DNA of 64,000 nt from Eledone cirrhosa (GCA_964016885.1 OZ024741.1:149172001-149236000), one strand, 5' to 3'; shown: positions 41,729 through 55,185, numbered from the stretch's first letter. Notes: generated by a model not told the origin, from the sequence alone. Translations and numbers: made by a program.

Positions 41729-42401
41729 CTAGCTAAACTACCCGTCCTTTGGACGGTTCAAGTAGCTTTCGATGTAGCTCATTAAACTAAACAAAGTAAA
41801 TTTGAATACATAGAAGAAAAACGTACTTTATGTAAACATGAAAACCTTAGGCACTATTCCAGTGAAATAATTAATATGTGAGCTCGGTGACAACAGTAAA
41901 AGCGCATCATGAAATAGAGAAGTGAAGTGAATAATAGACACTATTATGTACAAAGCATAATATGGTAAAAGTTATGACATCACTTAAACGAGGTTGAAAC
42001 GATAAATTATACAATGTCAAATCTATAACTTAACTTAGTAGTCTGTTAGAAATTGCTGGTTGTGAAATATACAAAATGATATTGTTAGTCTCAAGGAAGC
42101 GTACCTTTTGTTTCAAGTACAAAGAGTAAATTAAAATCCGAATTAGCCGAACTACGAAAGATAACTCTTGTCTTACTTAATCACGAAAATTCACACAAAT
42201 AACCGAAACTTTTTTAATGACTCCAAAGGCCCCAATATCTATTTTTGAAAGCCTTTGTAGATCATGTACAGGTTTTGTGCAAGGAGAAGCTCTGTAAAAA
42301 ATTTCAAAGAAATCGCATGAATGGTTTAGAATATATGAGCCCTCATTAAAAATTGTCCACACACACATACAGAAAACTTCGTCTTTATATATATATACAG
42401 A
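41729..42401 (-). mobile_element. Non-autonomous Helitron
   Basis: Minus strand: A|TCTGTATATATATATAAAG 5' end, hairpin ccgtcc-aaa-ggacgg, CTAG|T 3' end. Confidence 0.8.
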
Positions 42402-42561
42402 TAAAAAAAATTTAGTTTACATGCCAACACAAGAGCAAGAATGAGAGGCTCATTCTACTGAGAGGCTCATTCTAATGGCTTAAAAGAGGGTGTTTGCATA
42501 ATTGCAAACGAATCGAATATTATTATTAATATTCGAAAAACTCAGATTACATTTATTATAT

Positions 42562-42592
<31 letters not shown>

Positions 42593-43174
42593 GTAGGAAG
42601 TTATAGTTCACTTGAAGCATTGTGTAATGAGGTATAAACGTTTGTATATGTATAATAAAGCCAAAACAATGCAGGTATGGACATAGAATAAAGAATGCAA
42701 ATGCAAAAGATATTGTTGACAATTAGTCTTTTACCTTAGATTTATTTAAATGTCCTTAATTTTCGAGATAATATCTCTTCTTCGGAGGGAAGTAAAGCGG
42801 TTAAACCAGTGTTCTAAATAGCTTGCCAAGTCATGCTGACAGGAAATGGTATAGAGTATCTGTTCTATCTCTAATATCAAAGAGTTAAGGTTAGGTGGAT
42901 AAAGAGTAGTCTCCCTTTAAAAGTGGTTTTTTTTTTTGTACATGCTTGTTTAAGTGTGTGGGAGAATGCGTGAAGGTGTAAGTATGTGTGTGTGAGTGTG
43001 AGAAGATATGTCTATACGTAAATGTGGGGGATAGATGTTATCTCGTGTTAGAACTGGTCTTTGTGTGTGTATGTGTGTGTGAGAGAGAGAATAAGTGGAG
43101 GTGTAAGCGTGTGTGTGTGTGTGTGTGCGTGTGTGGGGGGGAAGGAGGGTGTAAATATGGCGCTAGATGCTCTA

Positions 43175-44499
43175 TCAAGTTATAAATTGGGTGTTGAGTT
43201 CTAGTCTATTATTGATTGGTGGTTGTGTTTTGTCTATAATTAGTGCTTCCTTAATTCTAAGATTGCCGAGGTTTCTTTCCTTAGTTTCTATCCTAACTGT
43301 TATGGTTTTGTCGGTGTTTTTGCATTTAACTAGGTGTTTCTTAAATGAGGAAGCGTTAGTATTGAGGTGTTCTTTTATTCTTATGTGGAGTGGTCTGGTG
43401 GTGCCACCTACGTAGAAGTTGCTGCATTTGTCGCACTCTAGTCTGCATACGACGTAAGCTTGGTGGCATAGGTCTGTGTCGTTGATGGGGCAGTTGGCTA
43501 GCCTGCAGCTGTTGTCATGTCTGGTTGAATGTCTTTTGGTTAGCTGTCCGCGTAGAGAAGAACCTGAGTGGGCCAGTTGGATATCTAGTCCCTCTCGTCT
43601 GATAGCTCTGCGGATGGCTGTTGTTGTTTCGTCACTGAAGTGTGGGAGCTTCGGGAAGCAAGTGTTAGTGCCTCGTGTGTGGTGTCCTCTGTTCTTTCTG
43701 GCACGGTTTGTGGTGGATGTCGTGTATCCGTTCAGTTTGAGTACTTCCAGGGAATGTGTGATGTGTGTGTCTCGGTCTCTAGCGTCGGTGCATTCGTTCC
43801 GGATACGTGTTAGTTCGTTCCTTATGTATCCGAACTTAGCGCCGGCTGGGAGGGCCGATCTGAAATGTACGAACAGGTCCCTGCTGGCGGCTTTTTTATA
43901 GAAGCAGGTGTGGATGTTGCCTTCCTCTGTTACCCTGAGTTGGAAGTCCAGTAGTGATAGGGATCCGCGGTCATCGGGGTGTTCCATGCTGAACATTATA
44001 CTGGCGTCCATGCTGGAGAATGTTGTGTATATTTTATCCGCCTCGTCACGGAATGATGTAAGGATGAGTATGTCATCTACATATCGGGTGAAGAAGGTAT
44101 GGGAATGGCAGGTGTTGAGGGCTCGGCATTCTAGCTGGTTCATATAGGTGATGGCCAGCAGGCCCGATAGGCTGGATCCCATGGGTAATCCTGTTGTCTG
44201 TCTGTATGTGTGGTGGTGGAAGGTGAAGTACGTGTTGCCCACTGTGAAGGACAAAAGCTGGTGTATGTCCGTCGGATGGAGGCCGTAGCAGTGGATGTCC
44301 TCTGCGACCACGCAGTCCGTCAATAAATCGACAGCTGGATGAGCGGGGACTGTAGTGTAGAGGGAGACAACGTCGAGGCTAAAGGCGTATCTATTTAGTT
44401 TAAGTTGTTCTGGCTGGAGTTGGTGTAGTCTACATATGACTTCGCCGGAGCTACTGACCCCGGGAAAGGTGGAGAGTAGAGGCTTGAGGACCTGGGAGA
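43175..44499 (-). pseudogene. PLE RT + GIY-YIG endonuclease, 5'-truncated but open
   Basis: FSLDVVSLYT, GLPMGSSLS, RYVDD, LDF, YKK, then C..C..FYVGGTTRPLHIRIKEH...KEA..I....P.IN. Confidence 0.9.
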
Positions 44500-47012
44500 A
44501 GATCCAGCTATCTGAAAAGGGCGCCAAAGCCCGCTGCCAAATAAACTTCCTAAAACGATGTCTGAATAACAACATCAGCCCCAAAACTATCAAAAACTTG
44601 CACCTACCAACATGCTTCAAATCACCAGGCCTCAAACGATCACTTAGCTACATACAAAAATTCTGCCTAAGAAAACTCATACAACACCTACACCACACGC
44701 TATAACAACACATACGGACTATTTCCAGCCTTGTACCACAACTCGCTGAAACCCCAGAACCTCTGTCCAGAGTTATCTCCGCCGCTATAGACAGGTCATA
44801 CCACCATCGCCGAGACTACGAGAAAATACGCCTAACGCAAAAATTTATCAAACTCAGCACGGCTAACCGTCTTAACAACATCCCAACTCTAAGCACCAAC
44901 AGAGGCGAACAAGACGGTACCAACACCGAACCTAACGGCGCCCCGACCAACAACACACCTGACGCAAAACACCTCGTCACAGACTTGACAGGATCCCTCC
45001 CCCGAGAGGAATTAGACCTCCTCAGCCTGGGTCCCAAGTTCATATTGAAACAGGGACTGGACGACAAATTATGGCTCAACATAGAAACGAATTTCTGTCG
45101 GGCTGCCTACCAACTAAAATGGATATCGACTCTCGGCAACAACACCACGGAATCTATCAAACCCAGATTCCCGATATACCAACTAGATCGCCCACTCTGT
45201 CCACCGCCTGCCAACCGCGAGCTTGAAGAAAAACTCTCGAGGCTAAAACATTCCGTATTTAACATCTTACGGTAACAGAAGAAGATAGCCCCAAACCTCT
45301 CCAGGACACAACAACTCGCTCTGAAGAACCTACGGAATAGGGAACTTATATACTTACCATCCGACAAAGGTAAAGAGTTTTGCGTCATCTCTCAAGCCAC
45401 ATACAACAACCTAGCCTTTGAACACCTAAGCGACAATTAACTATATACAGAGATCCCGGACATGACTGCAGCCCAGATCGAAAAACAGACCAGCTCCATC
45501 TGGTTCGACATCTGTAGGAGAAGACAACTCCCAAATAAAGTTAAGCTCAACTACACCACTAGAAATAGCAGACTGCCCACTTTCTACCACCTCATCAAGA
45601 CCCACAAGAAGAGTACTAAGACACAAATAAGACCCATCGTCTCTAGCATAGAAGGACCCCTATACAAAATTACCTGCCTCCTCTCCCAGGTCCTCAAGCC
45701 TCTACTCTCCACCTTTCCCGGGCATGTCAGTAGCTCCGACGAAGTCATACGTAGACCACACCAACTCCAGCCAGAACAACTTAAACTAAATAGATACGCC
45801 TTTAGCCTCGACGTTGTCTCCCTCTACACTACAGTCCCCGCTCATCCAGCTGTCGATTTATTGACGGACTGCGTGGTCGCAGAGGACATCCACTGCTACG
45901 GCCTCCATCCGAAGGACATACACCAGCTTTTATCCTTCACAGTAGACAACACGTACTTCACCTTCCACCACCACACATACAGACAGACAACAGGATTACC
46001 CATGGGATCCAGCCTATCGGACCTGCTGGCCATCAACTATATGAACCAGCTAGAATGCCGAGCCCTCAACACCTGCCATTCCCATATCTTCTTCACTCGA
46101 TATGTAGATGACATACTCATCCTTACATCATTCCGTGAGGAGGCGGATAAAATATACACAACATTCTCCAGCATGGACGCCAGTATAAAGTTCAGCATGG
46201 AACATCCCGATGACCGCGGATCCCTATCTCTACTGGACTTCCAACTCAGGGTAACAGAGGAAGGCAACATCCACACCTGCTTCTATAAAAAAAGCCGCCA
46301 GCAGGGACCTGTTCGTACATTTCAGATCGACCCTCCCAGCCGGCGCTAAATTCGGATACATAAGAAACGAACTAACACGTATCCGGAACGAATGCACCGA
46401 CGCTAGAGACCGAGATACACACACACCACACATTTCCTGGAAGTACTCAAACTGAACGGATACACGACATCCACCACAAACCGTGCCAGAAAGAACAGAA
46501 GACACTACACCCGAGGCACTAACACTTGCTTCCTGAAGCTCCCACACTTCAGTGACGAAACAACAACAGCCATCCGCAGAGCTATCAGACGAGAGGGACT
46601 AGATATCCAACTGGCCCACTCAGGTCCTTCTCTACGCGGACAGCTAACCAAAAGACATTCAACCAGACATGACAACCGCTGCAGGCTAGCCAACTGCCCC
46701 ATCAACGACACAGACCTATGCCACCAGGCTTACGTCGTATACAGACTAGAGTGCGACAAATGCAGCAACTTCTACGTAGGTGGCACCACCAGACCACTCC
46801 ACATAAGAATAAAAGAACACCTCAATACTAATGCTTCCTCATTTAAGAAACACCTAGTTAAATGCAAAAACACCGACAAAACCATAACAGTTAGGATAGA
46901 AACTAAGGAAAGAATCCTCGGCAATCTTAGAATTAAGGAAGCACTAATTATAGACAAAACACAACCACCAATCAATAATAGACTAGAACTCAACACCCAA
47001 TTTATAACATGA
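44500..47012 (+). pseudogene. PLE ORF (N-terminal region, RT, GIY-YIG) with stops and frameshifts
   Basis: LLSLGPKF, PSDKG, FYHLIKTHK, RPIVS, RYVDD; in-frame stops near 44703, 45273 and 45438; frameshift near 46290. Confidence 0.92.
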
Positions 47013-47403
47013 TAGAGCATCTAGCGCCATATTTACACCCTCCCTCCCCCACACACACGCATGCACGCACACACACACACACACGCTTACACCTCCACTT
47101 ATTCTCTCTCACACACACACACATACACACACAAAGACCAGTTCTAACACGAGATAACATCTATCCCCCACATTTACGTATAGACATATCTTCTCACACT
47201 CACACACACATACTTACACCTTCACGCATTCTCCCACACACTTAAACAGGCATGTACAAAAAAAAACACTTTTAAAGGGAGACTACTCTTTATCCACCTA
47301 ACCTTAACTCTTTGATATTAGAGATAGAACAGATACTCTATACCATTTCCTGTCAGCATGACTTGGCAAGCTATTTAGAACACTGGTTTAACCGCTTTAC
47401 TTC

Positions 47404-47438
47404 CCTCCGAAGAAGAGATATTATCTCGAAAATTAAGG
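47404..47438 (+). ncRNA. Minimal variant hammerhead in the PLE 3' region (mirror 42754-42788 on -)
   Basis: CCU-CCGAAGA-A-GAGAUA..AUCUC-GAAA-AU-UA|AGG; U4C core variant, loopless palindromic stem III. PLE pLTRs are known to carry minimal hammerheads. Confidence 0.6.
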
Positions 47439-47552
47439 ACATTTAAATAAATCTAAGGTAAAAGACTAATTGTCAACAATATCTTTTGCATTTGCATTCT
47501 TTATTCTATGTCCATACCTGCATTGTTTTGGCTTTATTATACATATACAAAC

Positions 47553-47626
<74 letters not shown>

Positions 47627-47631
<5 letters not shown>

Positions 47632-48319
47632 ATATATCTACCCCAGCGCGTTCAATAACTGGGTAGGTTATTGGGAAAACGGAGGAGGGAGGGAAGGAAA
47701 ATAGAAGGGAAAAGAGAAAAAAGGGAAGAAAAGAGAAAAAACAGCGAAAAAAACAACAAACCGAAGAATGTGCGAGCAACTTAAGGTAAGAAAATCCAAG
47801 TCCACATCGGTAACTGAACTTAAGTTCGACTGCGTGTGGGCGAACGAAAAGACACGTCTGACCCCAGCGAGTGTAAGTGAGAAAAGGACTGCTAGAGGGC
47901 CAAGCGAGGGAAACAATGAGGTGGCTGGCAGAGAGAGGAAGAAAGAGGGGAAGAGTAGATAGCAACGAAATAGGTAGGTAGAAGGAGAGAGAAGACGGGT
48001 CACAGCGAAACATGATAAAATATATGGAGAATATGATTGGCTGTGTAGTTGCTAGATAAGGTAGGCTTAAAAATGCAATGAGAATAAGAACGGGGGGTGG
48101 GTTCCTCATCAGTTGTCTACTGGGGGTCTCGGATATTTCAACGCTTTAAAGACAATATATCGACCCCCAGAGCGTTCAATAACTGGGTAAGTTATTTGGA
48201 AAACGAAGGAGGGAGGGAAGGAAAATAGAAGAGGAAAGGGAAAAAGGGAAGAAAAGAGAAAAACAGCGAAAAAAACAACAAATCGAAGAATGTGCGAGAA
48301 ACTTAAGGTAAGAAAATCC
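47627..48319 (-). mobile_element. Non-coding element with about 170-bp terminal direct repeats (pLTR/retrozyme-like)
   Basis: 47627-47797 resembles 48150-48319; (TA)n on both sides; CTGATGA on the minus strand at 48106-48112. Confidence 0.7.
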
Positions 48320-48339
48320 TATATATATATGTATAATAA

Positions 48340-48520
48340 TTGTTTCTATTTTAGGCACAAGGCCAGCAATTACCCAGTACATTACTGGTTCTTTTATTTT
48401 ATCGACCCCGTAAGGATGAAAGGCAAAGTTAACCTCGGCGGGATTTGAACTCAGATCATAAAGGGACGTAACTCTATGCTTCAAAGTATGGTGTCCGACT
48501 CTCTACCGATACTGCCAATC
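48340..48520 (-). mobile_element. SINE family A
   Basis: Closely similar to 7490-7695. Confidence 0.8.
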
Positions 48521-48572
48521 CACAATGATTAGAGAACAAAGAATTAGTGTTGCATCATATACATATTTAATC

Positions 48573-48663
48573 ACATATTACATATGTTTCACTGCCGATC
48601 AGCTCGAGGAATGATCGATTATGTTCGTTCCTGACTCAGGAATCGAAAGCTCTTCAGATGTGT
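48573..48663 (-). ncRNA. Type I hammerhead, extended stem II
   Basis: ACACAU-CUGAAGA-GCUuUCGAUU...GAUCGGcAGU-GAAAC-AUAU-GUA|AUAUGU; homologue at 54783-54874. Confidence 0.7.
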
Positions 48664-49002
48664 TCTCACATGTCGACTCACGTCCAAATGCTCTGCTCCA
48701 CAATATATTTATATACTATACACACGTATAAGCATAATTATGCCGAATGTCTCACCTATATATCATTTATCTATTGAAGTTTGTCTTATAATCCGCTTCA
48801 CTGCATTCAGCGTCATCATCATCCAGTTCAGGGTTATGCAGAACACAATCCCTAAGTAATGGTGGTTCTGCCTGACAACGCTCCTTATCCTCCCGCTCTA
48901 TGTCCGCCGGTCTCACTCCCGCCGGACATCCTTCATCCAAGTCCTTCTTGGTCGCCCTGGGCCTCTACTGCCTCCTGGATCGACATTCATCACTTTGCTG
49001 AT

Positions 49003-49784
49003 AAGCTGTCTAAACGTATTGTTATAACTCTGGGGTATTATTCTCCATCGAGTGCTAAGCTGCATTCCGAATCTGCATTCGTTAGCTTGGCCGCAGTCAA
49101 AAGCTTCGTTAATGCTGTACTAACATTTGTATTTTTAACTCCTAGAATTAACGATTAACTGATTAATTTAATTAGATAATTCTATTGATTGATTAATTGT
49201 TTGTTTGTTTGATAACTTCTGGTTGAGTGCTTAATTCGGTTTGTCTAAGGGAATTTCATTCCTTTGTCCCAAATTTCGAATTGACCGCCAAAACGGGGGT
49301 TACCTCCCTTTGGGAAAACCACGTGTCTATAGCGAAAATTACTGCTAGAAAACACACCCGTCGAGGCTATAGAACGCAAGACTTGTTGACGAAGTAAATC
49401 CTTTGTTGTGTCGTCAAAGGCCATTAACTTGCAGACCCCTGCAAGCGGAATTAGTCGATCTCAGATTTACAGAAACCTAGCGTGGATGTTGTATGTTATA
49501 TGTGATGTATATTGTATGCTATACGTTATGCTTTATGTGTTGCATTCGATGTCCACGTGATGGTCCATGTTAGTCAAAATCTTTTCCTGAGTTCGGTTTT
49601 TTTTCGTTGCTATGGCAATGCGGCTAGACTGTCGGTCGCTATATTTGATTTGCAAAGCTGTCTAAACGTATTGTTATAACTCTGGGGTATTATTCTCCAT
49701 CGAGTGCTAAGCTGCATTCCGAATCTGCATTCGTTAGCTTGGCCGCAGTCAAAAGCTTCGTTAATGGTGTACTAAAATTTGTAT
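49003..49784. mobile_element. Element with 130-bp near-identical direct repeats
   Basis: 49003-49132 matches 49655-49784 with about 2 mismatches; ends in (TA)n; related inverted fragment near 61775-61802. Confidence 0.7.
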
Positions 49785-50890
49785 ATATATATATATAACA
49801 ATTAAATTAAAAGTGAATGACATATATATATATAATAAACACATCAAACAATTACAGGGGATAATTTGTAAAGAGTATAAAATCACATAGTTACGGAGGT
49901 AACATATTAAAAATTAATAAGAACCTTAAATATAGATACCTTGCAATAATGATTAATTTCCTTTGTATATATTCCATTAAAGAAATATATTTCACCATTA
50001 ATCAATGAATCACAGATGTCAAATATTGGATCATCGGCAAAGGAGAAGGTTTAACTATCTAGGGTTACACCCTAAAAGCAAATCAGGGAAATGACGACGA
50101 AAAGCACATGTGGTTTTTAAAAAAATCAGCGCGTCGCCGTCAAACCAGTGGCGTGAATAGGGTTATCGACAGCTAGAAATAGTAGCCGAGTCCTTTCAAC
50201 ATAAAAAGCTCTACTAACACACTTAAGAGCCGTAAATACTACCAAAATTAGATTAAAGACACAGGACATGGCGGCGATGATGGACAGAGACCGCTGGAGA
50301 GAACTCGTACATAGATCTCGGGAGTTTTACCCGCCATATATATACACATATATATATATATACATATATATATACATATATATGTATATATATATATATT
50401 TGAATAAGATGGTGTCTGAGAAAACTACTGACATGCGCCATATCGCCTGCAAAGAAAAACTCAAGGATAAATTCAGAGCTCTTAATATAAATTCAAAAGC
50501 GAATGACATATATAGAAATATATCAAACATCTTTATTCGTTTTTGTAATATAGATACCTGAAAGGTAAAAAGTTATGTACGAGAGAGTAACATAGTTATA
50601 TAATGTCCAGTATGTTTCGTTTGATATTTTTGTTAAACTCACTATACTGCTCATTCTTTGCAAATTATCTCCTGTTTTAATGTTTGATATATTTCTATAT
50701 ATGGTATTCGCTTTTCAATATATATATATATATATCGATAGTCGAACGACTTTCGTCAAATCGGACCGAGGAAACAATGTTTCCGTTGGTCTTTCCAATT
50801 GCTAATACTCTCTATTGGTCACAACTCCAAGAATCGAACACACAATCTCACGATTGCGAATCCAATTCTCTTCCCACTTAGCCACGTGCC

Positions 50891-51091
<201 letters not shown>

Positions 51092-51930
51092 GAAAAACAT
51101 GGGAGGAACGAACAAAAGTATCCACTTCCTCTTCAGCAACCTTTGAGCAGTGCAATTTTGTGCATAAGGTTGGTATTGCACAATAATGTGCCACGGTTGC
51201 GCGACGTCTTAGAAGAAGTCACCAGAACGATACATATGAGATAATACAATATAGAAACAAGTGTCAACAAGTGAGTGTCATGTCAAGAAATAGGACAGGA
51301 TATGGTGCAGACATGTGCAATTGGTAACGCTGGAAGAAGGTAAATATAGATAGACTTTCATAAGAAAAAAGAATATATATAGACAGAGAAGGGGTGGGGG
51401 GGGGGGAGTTTAATAGGAGTCAACAAATTTTAACAAATCGTTACGGCTTTTCCTTTTTTTCTTCTTTTGTTTTCCAAAGATAATTCTGGCTTAATTAACG
51501 TCATTTTTTAATCCAACTGTTGAAATGGTCAGCTCACTTTGCTGTGTCTCTTATTATGCTAAATATTTCGAGGGCTATCGCTCGTTCTAACACGTAACAA
51601 CTTTCTCTTTCAGCTATGGTTACCTATCTACATATTTGTTTGTCATGTTTTCTTTGCGTTTTATTTCAGGTGTTTTCCTGTTATTCATCGGTATGTACAT
51701 TTTCCCTCTTTCTCCTCCGAACTCGTATTCCTTGTATTTAATCCCGAATAGCTATCTTTTGTTAGAAGCTATTGGTGCGCTGGGAAGAGTAGTATTGTCT
51801 TCGTGTCTGAAACTACAAAGTCACACAGTAGACAGGTGACGAGCGGGATATTATCTTTTCCAAGCTTACAATGTCCTTCGTTTGTCCCATGTGTTAATTT
51901 TGGACACCCTGTACAGATAAAACATTGCTA

Positions 51931-52058
51931 AACTCCGAAGAGTCGATTTATCACGGTGCTAACGCAAAGTACCGGTAATCGAGTTTTCCGATAAAAAACA
52001 ATCGGATTAGGGATTCTAGATATTGCTCACCTACTTATTTACGAAACACGTGTCAGTT
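51931..52058 (+). ncRNA. Putative variant hammerhead with about 100-nt stem II insert
   Basis: AACU-CCGAAGA-GU...AC-GAAAC-ACGU-GUC|AGUU. Confidence 0.5.
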
Positions 52059-52106
52059 ACGTTAATCCTTCAACTCCGAAATTGTATTTATGTGATTTAT
52101 TATATC

Positions 52107-52175
<69 letters not shown>

Positions 52176-52290
52176 CAGAATGTTATTTGTTAGTGATATA
52201 CTCAATAAATGATAGCTAAAAATACCAGATTTATTTTAGTTTGCTCTGCTAGGAATCTCACGTGTCTAACTTTGTAAAAGTTATTCTCTC

Positions 52291-52366
<76 letters not shown>

Positions 52367-52639
52367 TCTTCAGATTTATTATTATTACTATATATATATG
52401 ACACGCATTAGGCGCTGTGACATGTGCGTTCAACAACACATAGTTCTCAGTCTTCTTAAGTCTTTTGAAGTGAAAGGTACGAATTTCCTGGATACCCGTA
52501 GAAGAGCACAGGGATAGTGACTGTCACTTAATAATTGTTGCAAAACATTAGTGTCTGCAGTTCTGTTTACATGCCAACACAAGAACAAAAATGAGGGGCT
52601 CATTTTACTGAGTCTTGTTTGCATAATTGGAAACGAATC

Positions 52640-53460
52640 GAACATACAAAACTTAACATTCCTTTTAATTTAGCCAAACGTATATGCACCATAGTATCAG
52701 ACCCAGTTAAACGGGAACAAAGACTAAATGAACTCAAATACACACTTACCTTAAGAGCCTTCCCACTTGACATAATTAATAACGGAACAGACAAAGCAAA
52801 ACATGCAAATTTTCATCAACCCAACAACCCAAAGCACAGAACCACAAACAATATTTTACCATATGTATCCACGTTCAACCCCCAAAACACCGAAATGTTC
52901 GACCTCCTACATGACCCTCCCCCTATTTAAAGATGAAAAAATTTTAAAAAAATTCTAGAAACACACAAGATCATCAAAAGCAAAAGGCAACTAAAATCAC
53001 TAAAACACATTCTCACTGGAACAAAGATACACAAACCTATCTCCAACCTTACGGTAACAAAATGCGGAAGAAGAAACTGTGGAACATGCCTATACTTAAC
53101 TGAAGGACATAAATTCCCGTTTAAATATGGCCAAACTTTCACAGTGATAAACAAAACAACTTCACTTGCAACTCGGAGAACCTGATCTATGTAATCACAT
53201 GTGGTGGTTGCCGACATAACTATATAGGACAGACGGAGTTGTCATTACGCAAAAGAATGACCATCCATCGCCAACAAATCCGAGACGTAAACACAAGGAA
53301 AATCCCCTTAAGTAGCCACATTGCAGATTGTGCAGGAATGACTCTACCCAACTTTAAAATCTTCCCCCTTTACAAGTGCTCCGATTCTTACACTCAACAA
53401 CAAAGAATAAATAGGGAAAAACTATTTATTAACAAATTTAAACCAAAACTAAATATGTAA
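52640..53460 (+). pseudogene. Second PLE, 3' fragment (thumb, Cys-rich linker, GIY-YIG)
   Basis: NIPFNLAKRICTIVSD, KCGRRNCGTC, NLIYVITCGGC..NYIGQT..SLRKRMTIHRQQI...RE..FI.KF.P.LN; frameshifted; sequence distinct from the 42.6-47.6 kb PLE. Confidence 0.85.
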
Positions 53461-53774
53461 TCACCCCTATTAGACCCCACCCCACCCCACCCCCACCCCA
53501 CACACACACACCACAAAATAATTTTTAGTTTTTGACAATTTTCTGAATTTTTTGGAAACAAATGTTTAATTTCCCACCAGAAAGAGACCTGTGACAGACA
53601 AGCTGAAAAAAACACACACGCACACCACAATCCCACACCCCACCCACACCATAAAATAAGAGAGAAAAAATTACTCATTCCAGAAGTTACTGTTCGAGAG
53701 CTACTACTGATACTCTACTCTGGATTTAAACATTTTTTTTTTTATTTTTAGATTTTGAGAATCCTTTTGATTTT

Positions 53775-54619
53775 GGAACGCTGTACTAGTTTCAAGCTTA
53801 TTAGCTATCATCAGCAACGTATACCTTCCTGCCAGATGATTGAACGTCTGAAAGTATATACTTTCCTTATGCCATATTAACGGCTGAGCAGCCTAATTTG
53901 CATATCGAGTGAGTTAATCGGCCGGGGTACCGAAAACGATAAACGGAAAAAATGAAAAGAAATTTCATTTCTCACTCTTAGTACGGCTGTTACTTAAATA
54001 TAAGTATGTATACGTACATACATATATGTATACAGACGTACAGTAGTATGTATATATATATACATACATACACACATATATACATGTACGTATGGATTCA
54101 CCGAACATTTATTATAATGCTCGGTGTGTTTGTAAACAAACATCCCGAATTAAGCCGTACAGTGTCTAAGAGTGAGAAATGAAATTTCGTTTCATTTTTT
54201 CCGTTTATCATTTTCGGTACCCCGGCCGATTAACTCACTCGATATGCAAATTAGGCTGCTCAGCCATTAATATGCATAAGGAAAGTATATACTTTCAGAC
54301 GTTCAATCATCTGGCAGGAAGGTATACGTTGCTGACGATAGCTAATAAGCTTGAAACTAGTACAGCGTTCCTTTATCAGTGTTGAACAAATGAGTAACGA
54401 TGGTTGCTAGACACTGTATAGCTTAATTCGGGGAGTTTGTTTACAAACACACCGAGCATTATAATAAATGTTCGGTGAATCCATACGTACATGTATATAT
54501 GTGTGCATGTATGTATATATATATACATACTACTGTACGTCTGTATACATATAAGTATGTACGTGTACATACTTATATTTAAGTAACAGTGAGAAATGAA
54601 ATTTCGTTTCATTTTTTCC

Positions 54620-54625
<6 letters not shown>
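53775..54625. mobile_element. Permuted/inverted copies of an approximately 420-bp hammerhead-bearing unit
   Basis: 53775-53980 is inverted at 54168-54371; 53985-54167 is inverted at 54407-54590. Confidence 0.85.
54326..54368 (+). ncRNA. Minimal type I hammerhead (copies at 53778-53820 and 55827-55869 on -)
   Basis: ACGUUG-CUGACGA-U-AGCU-AAUA-AGCU-U-GAAAC-UA-GUA|CAGCGU; palindromic stem III ACUAGU. Confidence 0.85.
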
Positions 54626-54668
<43 letters not shown>

Positions 54669-54782
54669 TATTAACGTGCAAGTTAATTGCGTCCATAGGT
54701 GGTATGCCGAATGAGCACTCGGTGCTCTTGGGGGGCAGAGTGTAATACTCAACCACTCTCAAACGCGAGTCTACATGTTAAA

Positions 54783-54874
54783 ACATATCTGAGGAGCTTC
54801 AGATTCCAGAATCAGGTTCGATCATTAATAGATCGTTCCTCGAGCTGATCGACAGTGAAACATATGTAATATGT
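54783..54874 (+). ncRNA. Type I hammerhead, extended stem II
   Basis: ACAUAU-CUGAGGA-GCU...AGU-GAAAC-AUAU-GUA|AUAUGU. Confidence 0.72.
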
Positions 54875-55185
54875 AATTAAATATGTATATGATGCAACAA
54901 TGATTCTTTGTTCCCTTATATATTACTATATATATACGTGAAAAAATATATAAAGGAGAACAAACCGTTAAAACAGCACCTACGTACGTTTCGTCCGAAA
55001 AGGGCTTCTCAAGGGCATCACGTGTATCCGCTCTGCATATTTTCTCGTCCGCTAGATATTAACACTTCCAATATTTAACACTGAGGGCACATGTATTGAG
55101 CACATTTGCATATGCTATTGGCAAATAACTATATGTATCGCCTATCACTTCTCTCTATATATACTTAAATACTATATATATATAT

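Larger units (their letters stand above)
42633..47559. mobile_element. Penelope-like retroelement as a large inverted repeat
   Basis: 42633-44499 is the reverse complement of 45683-47559; the spacer 44500-45682 is the upstream part of the plus-strand ORF. Confidence 0.95.

Noticed and set aside
44500-44635. N-terminal 45 aa of the 486-aa minus-strand ORF
   Set aside because: Antisense of the plus-strand PLE spacer fused across the inversion junction; not a native start.
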